DNA of 47,957 nucleotides from an uncultured Christensenellaceae bacterium (GCA_964619685.1 CAZUET010000002.1:1-47957), one strand, 5' to 3'; positions 20,801 to 28,223 are shown, counted from the stretch's first letter. Notes: generated by a model from the sequence alone, not told the origin. Numbers and translations: made by a program.

Positions 20801-20843
20801 TCACTAAAAGAAAAGATACCAATAGTAATGTTTTCTTTTTCAT
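8880..20843 (-). CDS. giant (3987 aa) repetitive surface lipoprotein: Cys/His-rich 50-aa modules, ~14 Listeria-Bacteroides (Flg_new) repeats, five ~415-aa supermodules
   Basis: Single uninterrupted ORF with AAGGAG 8 nt before the ATG. Signal peptide MKKKTLLLVSFLLVICLVSVFVAC with a lipobox Cys. The repeated ...F.GW...D......VTLTA.W motifs are typical of Flg_new. No wall-anchor motif at the C-terminus. Confidence 0.85.
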   Translation of the reverse strand: MKKKTLLLVSFLLVICLVSVFVACDHTHAYGDWTITTEPTESEGGYAKRVCTVENCFMEEIVKLPVLTDSSVWSVSVDDATEDKDGKKTYTSEYGTVTVVIPALGHTHVFDQEQAIDSALATPATCIESASYYKSCKCGELGTETFEYGAPAGHTFGAWVDEVPSNCTQDGVKGHKVCSVCNKNFDVNGNELSDLTIAKDQSAHTFGKWISEVPSTCSDTGVKGHKVCSVCYKNFDVDGVVLTDLTIAIAENAHSFGTWVNEVPATCNEAGVKGHKECLLCNKYFDVDGVVLTDLAIAVDSNAHSFGSWNKEVSADCSHEGIKGYKDCSICGKFFDVDGNVLSSLIIPIDSNAHSFGSLIDGIDATCISTGIKAHKDCSICNKHFDVDGSVIADIVISKDEDNHTGALGNWLHSDSKHWKEYSCCGHKVSEANHEGGSATCTVQAKCSICTEPYGDLKDHSYSKEWTKDSNGHWHECVCGDIADFEEHILGSEATETDPQLCTECGFVIKEALGHITHHLSFVPEVPKTCTANGIKAYYACSGCEKKFTDANGIYEIDNFNTWKVIPYSHDFGDWIKEVPAKCTETGVKGHKACTACNKDFDVDDHELTDLTIVALGHIFTDWNGGKPATCTEAGELAHKDCSVCNKHFDNKGVEIEDLTIKAHGHTFGVWVSEVSSTCSSTGVKGHKVCSVCEKNFDVNGVVLTDLTIEKDPSVHNLGVWVDEVPETCIETGVKGHKDCIWCNKHFDNNGDEIADLVITIDADAHKFGTWVSEVPATCSSTGVKGYKDCTWCNKHFDNDGDEITDLVIVVDADAHKFGTWVSEVSSTCSSTGVKGHKDCSICNKHFDMDGTVITDLTIEKDSSVHNFGVWVSEVPETCSATGVKGHKDCTWCNKHFDNDGDEIADLVITIDADAHKFGTWVNEVPATCNEAGVKGHKDCSLCNKHFGADNSVISDSNLVISANGHDMKEIVADYAHKSDANCLSPAVYWKSCSVCHDLDTVTFTSGEIGAHSIVDGVCSVCNKIEVKFDSANGSNIIVVYIAKNSSLSGNLPVAPSKEGQSFLGWFVGNNPITSDSVITAPITATAKWGVYSDFANKDYRYAYTTNGGVALNYSGFVYHIHTNELGVATVVGDSTSAPVYPGSTLSFCWFDKDNSIALIIENYNYSTTEEDSDWGVDTTVSNTGVRYYLAVVDPVSGIIVRGHISLDTMPTPDTKFELGSSAFCLVPVTPDTVNVTADDYKGIKLDTLTDWVFVISYKGTNILTIEDSVYIGVTLTTAIDKKPVTVDKIVNEGSVIVTAGDTVVARYGLVDGKFIVLDEFVGSYTSTEGEKLVVSGNGSLVLGSSNCTYTKAAAGSDYTLDVYRKDDAGVSTAYYRITLSGNSFSIVEPMATVTFVSNEDGTTAPSAGSYNINIKHVLPVMAHTATKTFKGWALADGSVVSNPYLVTADVTLTAVWADKVVINVINEFGSIDKIYLGDGDIIGDFLADCIGTSDTHYFVGWKLDMNGNGVIDDEDIDLENDATLSPEDSGASIIAVWAKLPSYVGSYTGSFLRNASYTFGSSKTLNITVDGKISGTYTGTVVSYSAGKLVWKDSSLDQHTFLFDEATEVLVYTITDDSGYDFAVFGKNLASDGKVTKQEGVPAKKKGSDNKYADYAQFIKMPTAQGTDTLLFHYGDELYSNVTVKNAVGDTLTIGNFRSSDSVVVYDSNGDRIFAVVAPKSLENLGKCLTYGDKAPVTPDEYFGIYTNETLGTLVIKGNGAFVWGDKSGDYSATDSGIESYVVVDGDNTEFYSLVLDSTNMTFTATKVNVNITYASDITAIEGLPEVDSVNKNIEFTLPVLTATDHVFRGWKVAGDETVYTSIAPSADITLTAVWDAKYSLTVVYGNGLDNAVLYYGAGDITAPVEPELTNGKVFDYWYLSDDNGATESKKYTPSAINGNTTIYVAWVNPPIFMNSYYGAKFWANDNYTSTFSSNPLTFDRKGNAEPDGSVFTNSSSYKNVSLKLTIIDSTTGAISIVHEYDSITTDWYTDEETITHSKSTYYGFIDSATGIIILNASRDSSSKYTYVWILIPTDTKLTKADFKTIKAWDDTKPFAYVGGDSSFGIFANGSSVYMGVDFVDESSSAIADISDLDSFDRFIVKKNGTLIAEYACDGSKLQLMDGYQGAYEGTLDGVSNSLTLNGMGGVVDANGVHGTYAKLGDTETFDFYTLDSDGNKTAYYVLTLDKTAKTYTATKPTVTVTYVSDYDQANAVGGAVNKNVPISLLTGLTDADHIFVGWYVQGDESQRIVTKLTPVEDITYVAKWLDKVTLTVVYGNGLDNGIFDFSQGSAVVLDDYKVIYNNGKLFDGWFSDADCTTSVSLSVIDADTTIYAKWIEHDPYSITDSETYPWDRTGDIWHSTNIGKNSSNSTITITVYVDTVVSFKYACESEHATKWDYFHIDINKSTMVTAGGAKSDTNSIDIFTDYTVTLKAGDVMTLVYQKDGSSNKDADMAVIKDFVIYPVVHDHNLQDVVDDAYIKDPATCEDFAVYYKSCTICKQASTETFNGTVLGNHSYSEHVCTVCGDDQPKYVLTVMTNNGPASNYNVYLGETIDMDSLDALVGVKDGFYFDGWFLDAAFQNEFTLTTITETTTIYAKWSAALSLNGAVFKGKYYNEWDEWDHNLTLTFTSDTEATLLEGGDNYPFNTAYTCDGTVITFTITSCIVGNSAVGKTFIGTLNNKTITFSKGTFYSSNVYTFYNGATVTSESFIAPHSCVFDQETVSEEFLASAATCNAKATYYKHCAVCDALGSETFESGEFSNIHDYVDDVCRVCGKDKPVDNFDVTFVLGNGSADITISVKENASVGDSMPKNPDKDGFVFDGWFVGDVEFTADTVITANTTVTAAWRDPAPFENNEYRYVQFYTGSVGVSYSGDDYAIVTNKNGVATVVGNSTSAPVYPGSTITISWLNESDNTVVIREDYNYSTNSGTRYYWGLLDRSTGIIFRCYTSCSSLEDVSSALDSAVDMGSTVYTLIPSSSAISTTSLSGCRTSTLTNHEWTVSYNNGTKTTCFFITGTTLYSDVSFKDANGTSLVAGNVSKSSFLYIAKGEELIVAYGKNAENKFIPLDGNQGSYTGTEGTLVIDGIGKATLGSENGLYTATENANELDLYIKNSSGNNAKYAIITLDKENKTYTIVVPNVTLTFITAYSSVDEIVTNKNIEIDLPSDLTSDTHIFRGWYIEGDASQSIVASHYKPTANATFVAKWDAKVTLTVVYGNGLEDAVLNYAVGDTTAPVEPEPTAGKAFDHWYISNDAGVTEDSVYTPGAISESMTIYCAWKDSSPLIGTYKGFEAWGSVNGTNGNLASRSDLVIDADGKAISGPGISGKTATNYNETTGVLYFGTYWAYYDSVNGILLYNYSSGGTAMKDDIYVMIKGADSLTNSSGSTVTNAIQFAWNKGLNRLIDIKVTKGETSESYILYIADNKLQKVTIVTDSADIDTASEIYTSSKIQVNSLKIYSLTGDLLGEFAKSSDGKSMLELDGSQGTYTLDGASDLVLSGTGLATIGDNSGTVTAAAEGSSYTYDLYITEGSVKVYYELTVDIDAKTYTVNKPMVTVSFDLGGKGTLEDISVNKNIELSLSDYAPSYEGFVFKGWFKESALSTAVTKITPTSDTTVYAKWNAIVTLSFETEHDTAPVSKTYEENTYAGVADRPTLSAEGYIFRGWYIKGDETQKLQKNAILMTENMTLVAKWDVAIYLTIVYNKDDLANAVITTGAGDTLDLDDCIPRQATDGEVFDAWYTDEACTTPFTATSISESTTIYCGWKEPFAYMGTYKGANVYSSSGEENKTTISKTLTIDGNGNVTGQGSGTLTENGDTFKYGSSPRNVDIDNGVVYDDFSTNRTLGQSDINVYFIVKEGNVTPTSINGSAWLSGTAKLLTCTYSDGSTNTAFYYNGKIYGNVTFTAIKDGTAVTEANAVYNASTLVVYDSNGVEVGNFTLVDGSLQPTVA
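17949..19292 (-). repeat. coding tandem array 2: nine ~48-52-aa Cys/His modules (units R6-R14)
   Basis: Consensus H.FG.WV.EVP.TC...GVKGHK.C..CNK.FD..G..I.DL.I. Units R9-R10-R11 resemble R12-R13-R14, giving a 450-bp higher-order period. The unit boundary was checked against the DNA: Gly965 = 17949-17951. Confidence 0.9.
19635..20384 (-). repeat. coding tandem array 1: five 50-aa Cys/His modules (units R1-R5)
   Basis: Five exact 150-bp-period units, aa 154-403. Example: HTFGAWVDEVPSNCTQDGVKGHKVCSVCNKNFDVNGNELSDLTIAKDQSA. Confidence 0.9.
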
Positions 20844-20953
20844 TGTTACATTCTCCTTAAATAATTTTTATCTAAAATGGCATTTTTTCATTTATAAGTA
20901 CCATATTATGTCGTTTTTAGTCTATATTACGGATAAATCAAGGGTAAAACAAA

Positions 20954-20982
20954 AGCTTAGACCGTAAGACATGGTCTAAGCT
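20954..20982 (-). terminator. intrinsic terminator after the 1430-aa gene (overlaps its stop codon)
   Basis: 10-bp perfect stem AGCTTAGACC (20954-20963) / GGTCTAAGCT (20973-20982), 9-nt loop. TTTTGTTTTA follows on the minus strand. Confidence 0.7.
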
Positions 20983-23900
20983 CTTTCAAATGTGGTTCCC
21001 ACTCTAAAATATCCGTCTGTACCGTATGTGACGGTTGTTGATGAACAGTACATAGTATCAACTACTGTTACATCATTGATGGTGAATACAATAACCGCAG
21101 TACCCACCTTGACTGTAACTTTATTAGCAGATACTGTGTATGTACCTAATGTGCTGTCAGCCGTGATAAAATCAGGAGAATAGCTATCTCCCATATCGGC
21201 AGACTCGGATACAACTGCAACTACACCGTTTGCTCTAAATGAAAAGGTGGTTTTAGCGGTATTATCGTTATCACCAAAAATATATTCAGCACTAAAAGAC
21301 TTACCCTGAATAAGGGTATTATCAAGTGCGATATTCATTTTTTTATAATCGTTTGTACCTAACTCTACTACAAATGAGGTGTTTCCCTCTATCAACACGA
21401 TACGACCTCTGATTATAGTATATGTGTAATTATTACCGTCAAGAGTGGCTAAACCGAAACCGTCAAGGAAAAGAGTGCTATCACCGTCTTGATATTCCGA
21501 TCTAAATCCGTCTTGAACAACTAAGCCGTCACCAATATCACCCCAAGAGGATACCTTAACTATAACGGAAACCGAAGAAAGCTTTAGCTCTACTATCGCT
21601 CCGCTTACTGTAATATCTTTACCGTTCAATAAGGTAACTGTACAAAGCTCGCCAAAATTACCCATATTGAAAACAGCATATTTCTTGATACCGTCATTAA
21701 GGGTATATTCTCTCAATAATAACTTATCGCATCCTATCGAACGCACACTTCCTGTAGTGTAAAAATCGGTTATTCTGGAATCACCTTGTACATTTACTCT
21801 CAATAATCCGTTTTCAATAACAGTTGCATTAATTACAGCCTTTTTACCGTCAGCAGATGCTACTGAGATAAATCCGTCATCCGTTCTATTTACAAATCCG
21901 ATATATGTACGAGTATCGGCTACAAGCTTTACTCTGCCATATTCGTCAATAGTTATAGATGATCTTGCAGTTTGAGTGCTCGAATAAAATCCTATAAGAT
22001 CGTCAAGTCCCGATACCTTAGGGATAATTCTTACTGCATAATAAGAGGTAACTTCCTTTGACCCTACCGGCAAAGTGATAGAATACTGATAGAAGCCTGC
22101 TTCCGAGAATTTGACAGTAGTTGTCTTAACTATATTTTTCTTTTGATCTACCGTCAACTCACCGTCTGCGGTAATAATTGTAATCGAATCTAACAATTCA
22201 GCCTTTGCTACTGTAGAGTTACCAGATCCCACGGTATTATCGCTTATCTTAATTAATGCACCCGTTGTAATATAGGCGTTTTCAAGCTTAACGCCGGAAT
22301 AGGAATCATCCGTCTTTTCGGTAAGCACATTACCGAAATCATCCAAGAAAAATGCTTTGATTGCCGTTTTTGGTTCAGATGATACGGTGTCCTTAAACTC
22401 TATATCAATTTGACCATACATATAACTGTAGGAGAAAGTGAAGGTCTTATAGCTCGATAAATCTAAAGACGCAAGTCCTGTACCATATCCGTCAAAATAA
22501 TAGTAAGCGTTATCAGAATAGAATTTACCAAACACGCCATCCTTTTCTATTAGCGTAAATGTAGAATCATTTAGGTCAAGTGCAAACTTATAGGAATAAA
22601 TTCCATTTACGCCTCCATTATAATCATAAACATGCAAGGTATCATCCAAAGCATTGAATCCGCCGTTTGCAAGCATTAGGGTATTTTTATCGGTAAACTG
22701 TGGCTTACTATTGATAAGTAAAGATACATTACCCTTATTATTTACGCTGAGTGTAGCTGTTTTACCGTCTACTAAGCCAGAGAAAGATCTTCCTAAATAT
22801 TTAGAATCAACTCCAACCTCGTTATCTATTATCCTTCCCTCAGTCCTACGAGTAAGTTCAAATGAATAACTCTTACCGTCAAACTCAATAAAACCTTTAC
22901 TTCCGGTGGCAAAGCTTTGATCGTCGGGTATATAACAATCGCCGACTATTGCTTTATAGAAATAGTCATTATTGATATGAGATAAAAAGTCGGTCTTCAT
23001 TGCAAACCATTTAGTCTCGCTTCCGTCTATTCTCGATAATTTAACGGCATCGATGGAGTATGCAGGGGCATAACCATATTCAAGAACATATTTTTGCTTT
23101 TCATTGATTTGTAATCTCTGCTCTATTTTCCAAATAGCAGTATTCACATATAACAAAGGACGGTAGCTGTCGCTGAAATTAAAATTATTTTTATTAATTG
23201 GATTGATAAAAGCTATACCGTCGACAAATGACGCCTCATATTCCCAATTTGATAACTTAATAAATAGCTTACTTTCATCAAGCTTTTGTATCTCGGTAAC
23301 GGCATGACCATTTATTGATAGCGAATCAAAGGATAGGAATTCCATATCACCTATCTTCTTTGAGGTAACGGCATCGACCATAACATTTCCCTCTTCGTCT
23401 ATCTCTTCTTCTACAGCAAGAGATCTAAGCTCGGTCTCGTATACGCCCAATATGTTTTTATCAAGAACAGTCAATGTTGCCATTTCGGTAATACGCTCGT
23501 ATTCAATTTTTAGAGTATATACACCCGCTTTATCTAACGAATAAACTCCGCTAACTAAAGATTTATCGTAATCAACGGCAATTCCGTTCTTATATACCTT
23601 GAATATATCATAGGGATAAACATTATCACCGGTAAAGGCAATAACATCGTTTGCCTCTATAACAATACTCGATACTATTCTCAACGAATATGATAAAATC
23701 ACAGGTGCACTGTTAACTCCGTTAACATAAACTGCTATTTTGACATCCTGCTCACGAGGACTATCAAAGTCAATAGGCGCTGATAATAATTCTACATAAC
23801 AAGAGATAGCGTCTACCTTAGTAGGATCTAAGACAAATGCCTGCTTTTTACCATTAACAGTAACATCTAAATTACCGTATAAATAATAGTCGGTTGTTCC

Positions 23901-25268
23901 CTCGGGAAGAATGATGCTCGTTTCTTTTACAGATGCGGTGTATTCGTTTTCAACTACTACATATGTAACGCTTGCGGAATACTCAGTAAAATTGACAGGC
24001 TTAGTCAATGAAAAGGTATTATCATTATACTTAATGGTAATTGTTGCGGTATATTCACCGACCGTGTCAAAATCTACGCTCTCAATATCGATAAACGAAT
24101 CTATCGATTCAAAGCGTATACCATTTACCATTACTATAAAGTCGTCTTCAAATGCATAAGTAGACTTGGAAATACCCTTACGAACGGTAACTACCGATTT
24201 GGGAGTTTCTATTTTCACACCTCTCCTTACCTCTACGTTTGCGGTATATTCAATACCGTTAAAGGTAAGTGTTACGGTGTAATTTCCAATATTTTGATAA
24301 TCGATATCACCCGATAGCATATCTAATGTAACAGGGATAATATCATCACCCTTAGTTATTTCAAAAAGGGTGGTAAGGTCAAGGAAGCCTTCATTAGGAT
24401 ATACTACAACGCTTTTTGAATTAACGCTATAGTCGGGCTCGCTGACAACATTAACGGTGACTGTCGATATAAAAATATCACCGTCTAAATCATATTTGAA
24501 GGAAATATCGAAGCTATCGCCGACAGTCTTTCCATCTTTGGCGGAAATGTCAAGTACACCCTCACTATTGGGAATACGAATTCCGTCTACATATAATACA
24601 AATAATGAATCGTAATCGTAAGAATCTATTCCTTGCTCCACAATGGATAAAGATGAATATGCCCTATAAATAACAGCGGTCGATGATCTCTTAACTGTTA
24701 CCCTTAAGGTCTTAGTCGCATTATCCATAGTAACTCTATAATAGTAATCACCCTTAACTGTGGATATATTGGTTTGGATCATATCATCGGTAATAGCGGT
24801 CTTTTCGCCATCTCGTGTAAGGGTAAATAAACTATTAAAGTCGTAATCCATTACCTCATTATCGAAAAGGGTCACGCTTTCGACAGACAAGCTCAATTCA
24901 TATACAGGTTTAAGGACAACTACTTTAACGCTTACAGATTGATCCTCATAATTACAGGTTACCAATCCTTCACCAACCGAAATAGGTAGCTTTGATAAAT
25001 CGAGATATGACGGTAAAACAGGTTTAACCAGTCCGTTAGTAGTCGTAATTTTGAACAAAGTAGTAAAATCGTATGACAAAATATCCCGTTCTCTTAACTC
25101 TACTCGGTCGCTAACTCGAGTAAGTGTATAGTCGGGAGTAATCGGCTCGGGCAAAATCGGAGTAGACGGAGTCGGATCAGGCTCTACAGGTGTCTGCTCA
25201 CATGCCACTGCACAAAAAAGCACGGCTATTAATATTAAAACTATCAATACATTTACTATTTTTTTCAT
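20976..25268 (-). CDS. 1430-aa surface lipoprotein; about seven N-terminal Ig-like repeats plus an uncharacterised C-terminal half
   Basis: Signal peptide MKKIVNVLIVLILIAVLFCAVAC. Repeats of ~75-90 aa have a recurring ..YDF..LF.....G.......... / ..G.Y.....V pattern. No catalytic motif recognised. Confidence 0.85.
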   Translation of the reverse strand: MKKIVNVLIVLILIAVLFCAVACEQTPVEPDPTPSTPILPEPITPDYTLTRVSDRVELRERDILSYDFTTLFKITTTNGLVKPVLPSYLDLSKLPISVGEGLVTCNYEDQSVSVKVVVLKPVYELSLSVESVTLFDNEVMDYDFNSLFTLTRDGEKTAITDDMIQTNISTVKGDYYYRVTMDNATKTLRVTVKRSSTAVIYRAYSSLSIVEQGIDSYDYDSLFVLYVDGIRIPNSEGVLDISAKDGKTVGDSFDISFKYDLDGDIFISTVTVNVVSEPDYSVNSKSVVVYPNEGFLDLTTLFEITKGDDIIPVTLDMLSGDIDYQNIGNYTVTLTFNGIEYTANVEVRRGVKIETPKSVVTVRKGISKSTYAFEDDFIVMVNGIRFESIDSFIDIESVDFDTVGEYTATITIKYNDNTFSLTKPVNFTEYSASVTYVVVENEYTASVKETSIILPEGTTDYYLYGNLDVTVNGKKQAFVLDPTKVDAISCYVELLSAPIDFDSPREQDVKIAVYVNGVNSAPVILSYSLRIVSSIVIEANDVIAFTGDNVYPYDIFKVYKNGIAVDYDKSLVSGVYSLDKAGVYTLKIEYERITEMATLTVLDKNILGVYETELRSLAVEEEIDEEGNVMVDAVTSKKIGDMEFLSFDSLSINGHAVTEIQKLDESKLFIKLSNWEYEASFVDGIAFINPINKNNFNFSDSYRPLLYVNTAIWKIEQRLQINEKQKYVLEYGYAPAYSIDAVKLSRIDGSETKWFAMKTDFLSHINNDYFYKAIVGDCYIPDDQSFATGSKGFIEFDGKSYSFELTRRTEGRIIDNEVGVDSKYLGRSFSGLVDGKTATLSVNNKGNVSLLINSKPQFTDKNTLMLANGGFNALDDTLHVYDYNGGVNGIYSYKFALDLNDSTFTLIEKDGVFGKFYSDNAYYYFDGYGTGLASLDLSSYKTFTFSYSYMYGQIDIEFKDTVSSEPKTAIKAFFLDDFGNVLTEKTDDSYSGVKLENAYITTGALIKISDNTVGSGNSTVAKAELLDSITIITADGELTVDQKKNIVKTTTVKFSEAGFYQYSITLPVGSKEVTSYYAVRIIPKVSGLDDLIGFYSSTQTARSSITIDEYGRVKLVADTRTYIGFVNRTDDGFISVASADGKKAVINATVIENGLLRVNVQGDSRITDFYTTGSVRSIGCDKLLLREYTLNDGIKKYAVFNMGNFGELCTVTLLNGKDITVSGAIVELKLSSVSVIVKVSSWGDIGDGLVVQDGFRSEYQDGDSTLFLDGFGLATLDGNNYTYTIIRGRIVLIEGNTSFVVELGTNDYKKMNIALDNTLIQGKSFSAEYIFGDNDNTAKTTFSFRANGVVAVVSESADMGDSYSPDFITADSTLGTYTVSANKVTVKVGTAVIVFTINDVTVVDTMYCSSTTVTYGTDGYFRVGTTFERA

Positions 25269-25287
25269 CTTTTTTCAAAAAATTTAT

Positions 25288-25326
25288 AACAAACATACCC
25301 CCGAGCTACTCGGGAATATGTTTGTT
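25288..25326 (-). terminator. strong hairpin after the 895-aa gene (terminator or processing/stabiliser element)
   Basis: AACAAACATA (25288-25297) / TATGTTTGTT (25317-25326) encloses CCCGAG-CTA-CTCGGG (25300-25314). An A/T-rich tail with T6 follows on the minus strand. The hairpin ends only 19 nt before the next ATG (25268). Confidence 0.6.
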
Positions 25327-25352
25327 TGATATTTTAATGTTTTTGGAAATTA

Positions 25353-28040
25353 TTATTTCTTTAAAGTCCAGTCCCCTGTCTTATAGAAGCTTATCCAGAA
25401 ATACTTTGTATGATTGTTTTGAATAACAATCTGTACATCACCCTTAATGAATGTTATATAACGGTCGGATTGTCCACTTGCACCGCCACTGATATCGGTA
25501 TTTCCCTCTGAAAGAGTATAACCGTATTTTGCAAATACTTCCTTCATCTTATTATAGATTTCGGCAAACAACTCGTCATTTACCTTAGAATTCTCATCGA
25601 ATACATCGGTAGATGTTGTGATCGATACATATTCGAGCCAAACAGGATTATCTGTAGTTCCTGTATTCTTATCATGATACCAAGGTCCGTGTGTATTATC
25701 ACCAAATATCTCTACAAATGCGGACGGGCTGATAAGATCGTTATTAACTGCATCTTCACCGAAAATTTGAGTAAATACATAGTCTGCAGGCTTAACGTGT
25801 TCGCCATTAGCGCAATCCCATTTTTTCTCGCCGTTTACTTCACTGTAACAGCCATAATATTTGGTATGATCATTACTATGGAGATAGTAGTAATCGCTAA
25901 TGGTGTACTCGTTCCAACTGGTAGGTATCTTACGCTCTACATAATCTTCAAATGTACGTGCGGGAAGCTCTGTTGTTCCAACATTTGAGAAACTGGTTTG
26001 ATAGTAACCTGTATATGTTCCGTATGTGATAGAGAATGGAATCAAGGTCGATACAAGATTACCATTACCATCAACTATGATGGTTAAATTCTCGCTGATG
26101 CTCTCTGATGCGTTTTTAGCTTCGTCATAACGAGCAATTTCACATGCAACCTCACGAGAAATGGTGGAGTCTCTCAAAACGAATTTATAGGTCTGATTAC
26201 CGTATTCGTCTTCGTTTAACCCGGCAAATCTGAAAACATTGGGTGAAAGGTCAAAGGTGGGAAGCTTATCAAACATACTACCGTTGACACGCTTATTACC
26301 TTGCATAGCTGTTCTATATACATTTACGGGTTTACCGTCTGCATCAGTTTCAGTCCTTACTAAATAAGCAGTTGCATTGAAGGTGAACTCTTCGTAATAG
26401 CCGTCAAATTGTCTATAACCGCTGTGAGATGTGTGGTAGGGTTTACCGTCCGATGTATATGAATACATTCCGGTCGTAGCAAACAATGCGCCCTCTTCGG
26501 TTACCCAGCCCTTGACACCTTCTCTACCGGTAGCTGATATATAGTCAACAGGTTTGGAATCGTCAGCTGCAGCTGCGTAATCATAATCACTACTATCTGC
26601 AGATGGTTTATATGTATAATTCTCTGTTACATCAAAGGTGTAATTCTTAGAACTATTCATTTTCTCTAACGCAGAAACAAGCTTATCACCGTAACGAGTA
26701 TCCTCATAAGGTGCAGGATCTCCAACGGTGGTAGTTCCTAAATCGGAAATTGTGAATACTGCATCGGTATAGATGATAGTATCGGCATTATCTTGTTCCT
26801 TTTCGTCCTCAATCTGATAACCGCCCTCAAGATACAATATCTCAGTCTGAGCCTTGATACCTGTAATTCTACCGTCTTCTACAATCAATGCAAAGGTATA
26901 GAATGTATCTTCATTACCAAGCATTGGAGTCATACAAATAGCAAGATAGGTCATCAAATATTGATCATCCATATTCTTAACATCAAAGTTGTAGACATAT
27001 ACGCCCGGATTAGCAGGATCGTATGAGAACTTATTAACATCAAGATTAGCAAAATGGTTCCAAAGATGTTGTGAATCCCATGTGGCAGGAATACTGTTAT
27101 AATCGGTAATGGTCTTTTGTGTAGCAATATTATCCTTATTGATATATACCTTATCGAAGGATGATCCCTTAACTCCGTTAGCATCGGTTACAATAGCGCT
27201 TCCTTTACGATAGTAGTACTCGATAACGTTTTGATCTTTCTCGCTTGCATACCAACTACCGTTCCACTTACCGTCTTCCATATAAACAGCGGTAATGTAC
27301 TCGTGAACAGTGTTATTACTGGGATCATTACAGTCATTATAGTGGTCTGTAACAACGCCCTTAATTGTGATGCTCGGATTTCCTAATGCTTCAATCATTT
27401 GAGAGGTCAGTTCACCTACTTGACCTTGAATAACGTCAGCCTTAACTTTAATATTTACACTACCTGTAACATTAGAATCAACGGTGGATGTTGCGGTAAT
27501 GATAACAAACTTATCAATGGAAGGAACTGTCTTAACTGTTACTACATTTCCGTTTATCTCTACAAAATCTTCGGATGCTGATAATACATAATCACTGCCG
27601 TCAGATACAACTACCGTGATATTAGCTTCACCGTCAGAGGTCAATACAGAAACATCGGATGATACCGAAATAGTAAATGCAGGACTTGAGTTAGCCTTAA
27701 CCAAAATACTGACACTCTTACTAATTGTAGGATCACTAACTAATGATGCTGTGATGGTTACAGATTTATCAACCTCTGTCTTACCGATAACTCTGATATT
27801 GCCATCAGAATCAATCGAAATCAAGGAAGGTTCTGAAACAGCTATTGAATATGATCCGCCATTTGATGCTACTACCGATAATGTCACATTATCACCCTCG
27901 CTTATCTCTGCGTGAGATGCAGATATAGAAATACTTACGCCGTCTACGGGATTGTTACCGTCACAGGCAACTAAGACCATAGATACTGTAAATATAGCTA
28001 CAATCGCAACTATTAGTAAAACTAAACTTTTTGTTTTCAT
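25353..28040 (-). CDS. 895-aa lipoprotein: two Big_2-like Ig domains plus a ~690-aa uncharacterised domain (paralog of the 775-aa protein)
   Basis: Signal peptide ...FTVSMVLVAC. The Big_2-like segments include VSISISASHAEISEGDNVTLSV...VTITASL. The C-terminal region aligns by eye with the neighbour (W.S..LWN.F..L.V.KF.YD, F.LIVEDGRI.GI.A, NYT, RKIPTSWNEYTI). Confidence 0.85.
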   Translation of the reverse strand: MKTKSLVLLIVAIVAIFTVSMVLVACDGNNPVDGVSISISASHAEISEGDNVTLSVVASNGGSYSIAVSEPSLISIDSDGNIRVIGKTEVDKSVTITASLVSDPTISKSVSILVKANSSPAFTISVSSDVSVLTSDGEANITVVVSDGSDYVLSASEDFVEINGNVVTVKTVPSIDKFVIITATSTVDSNVTGSVNIKVKADVIQGQVGELTSQMIEALGNPSITIKGVVTDHYNDCNDPSNNTVHEYITAVYMEDGKWNGSWYASEKDQNVIEYYYRKGSAIVTDANGVKGSSFDKVYINKDNIATQKTITDYNSIPATWDSQHLWNHFANLDVNKFSYDPANPGVYVYNFDVKNMDDQYLMTYLAICMTPMLGNEDTFYTFALIVEDGRITGIKAQTEILYLEGGYQIEDEKEQDNADTIIYTDAVFTISDLGTTTVGDPAPYEDTRYGDKLVSALEKMNSSKNYTFDVTENYTYKPSADSSDYDYAAAADDSKPVDYISATGREGVKGWVTEEGALFATTGMYSYTSDGKPYHTSHSGYRQFDGYYEEFTFNATAYLVRTETDADGKPVNVYRTAMQGNKRVNGSMFDKLPTFDLSPNVFRFAGLNEDEYGNQTYKFVLRDSTISREVACEIARYDEAKNASESISENLTIIVDGNGNLVSTLIPFSITYGTYTGYYQTSFSNVGTTELPARTFEDYVERKIPTSWNEYTISDYYYLHSNDHTKYYGCYSEVNGEKKWDCANGEHVKPADYVFTQIFGEDAVNNDLISPSAFVEIFGDNTHGPWYHDKNTGTTDNPVWLEYVSITTSTDVFDENSKVNDELFAEIYNKMKEVFAKYGYTLSEGNTDISGGASGQSDRYITFIKGDVQIVIQNNHTKYFWISFYKTGDWTLKK

Positions 28041-28131
28041 ACTTTTATATTACTCCTAAAATTGTAAAATTGAATAATTACTCAGTCATTAATCTATAAG
28101 TTCTTAACAATCAAATAACTACCATATCTAT

Positions 28132-28161
28132 ATTATAAAACACTGCCCCTTTATTTTCCAA
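28132..28161 (-). promoter_or_regulatory. candidate sigma-A promoter for the 895-aa gene
   Basis: On the minus strand: TTGGAA (28156-28161), 18-nt spacer, perfect TATAAT (28132-28137). It lies ~90 nt upstream of the ATG at 28040. Confidence 0.35.
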
Positions 28162-28223
28162 AAGGATTTATGCCCTTGAGCAAAAAAAATTAAAAAATTT
28201 TGGAAAAATTTTAGGGACAGTGT
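28140..28223 (-). promoter_or_regulatory. nested long hairpin downstream of the 775-aa gene (terminator-like RNA structure overlapping the promoter above)
   Basis: Outer 11-bp stem 28140-28150 / 28213-28223; its single mismatch becomes a G-U pair only in the minus-strand (sense) RNA. Inner perfect 9-bp stem 28155-28163 / 28198-28206 with a 34-nt A/U loop. UUUUAUAAU follows on the sense strand. Confidence 0.45.
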
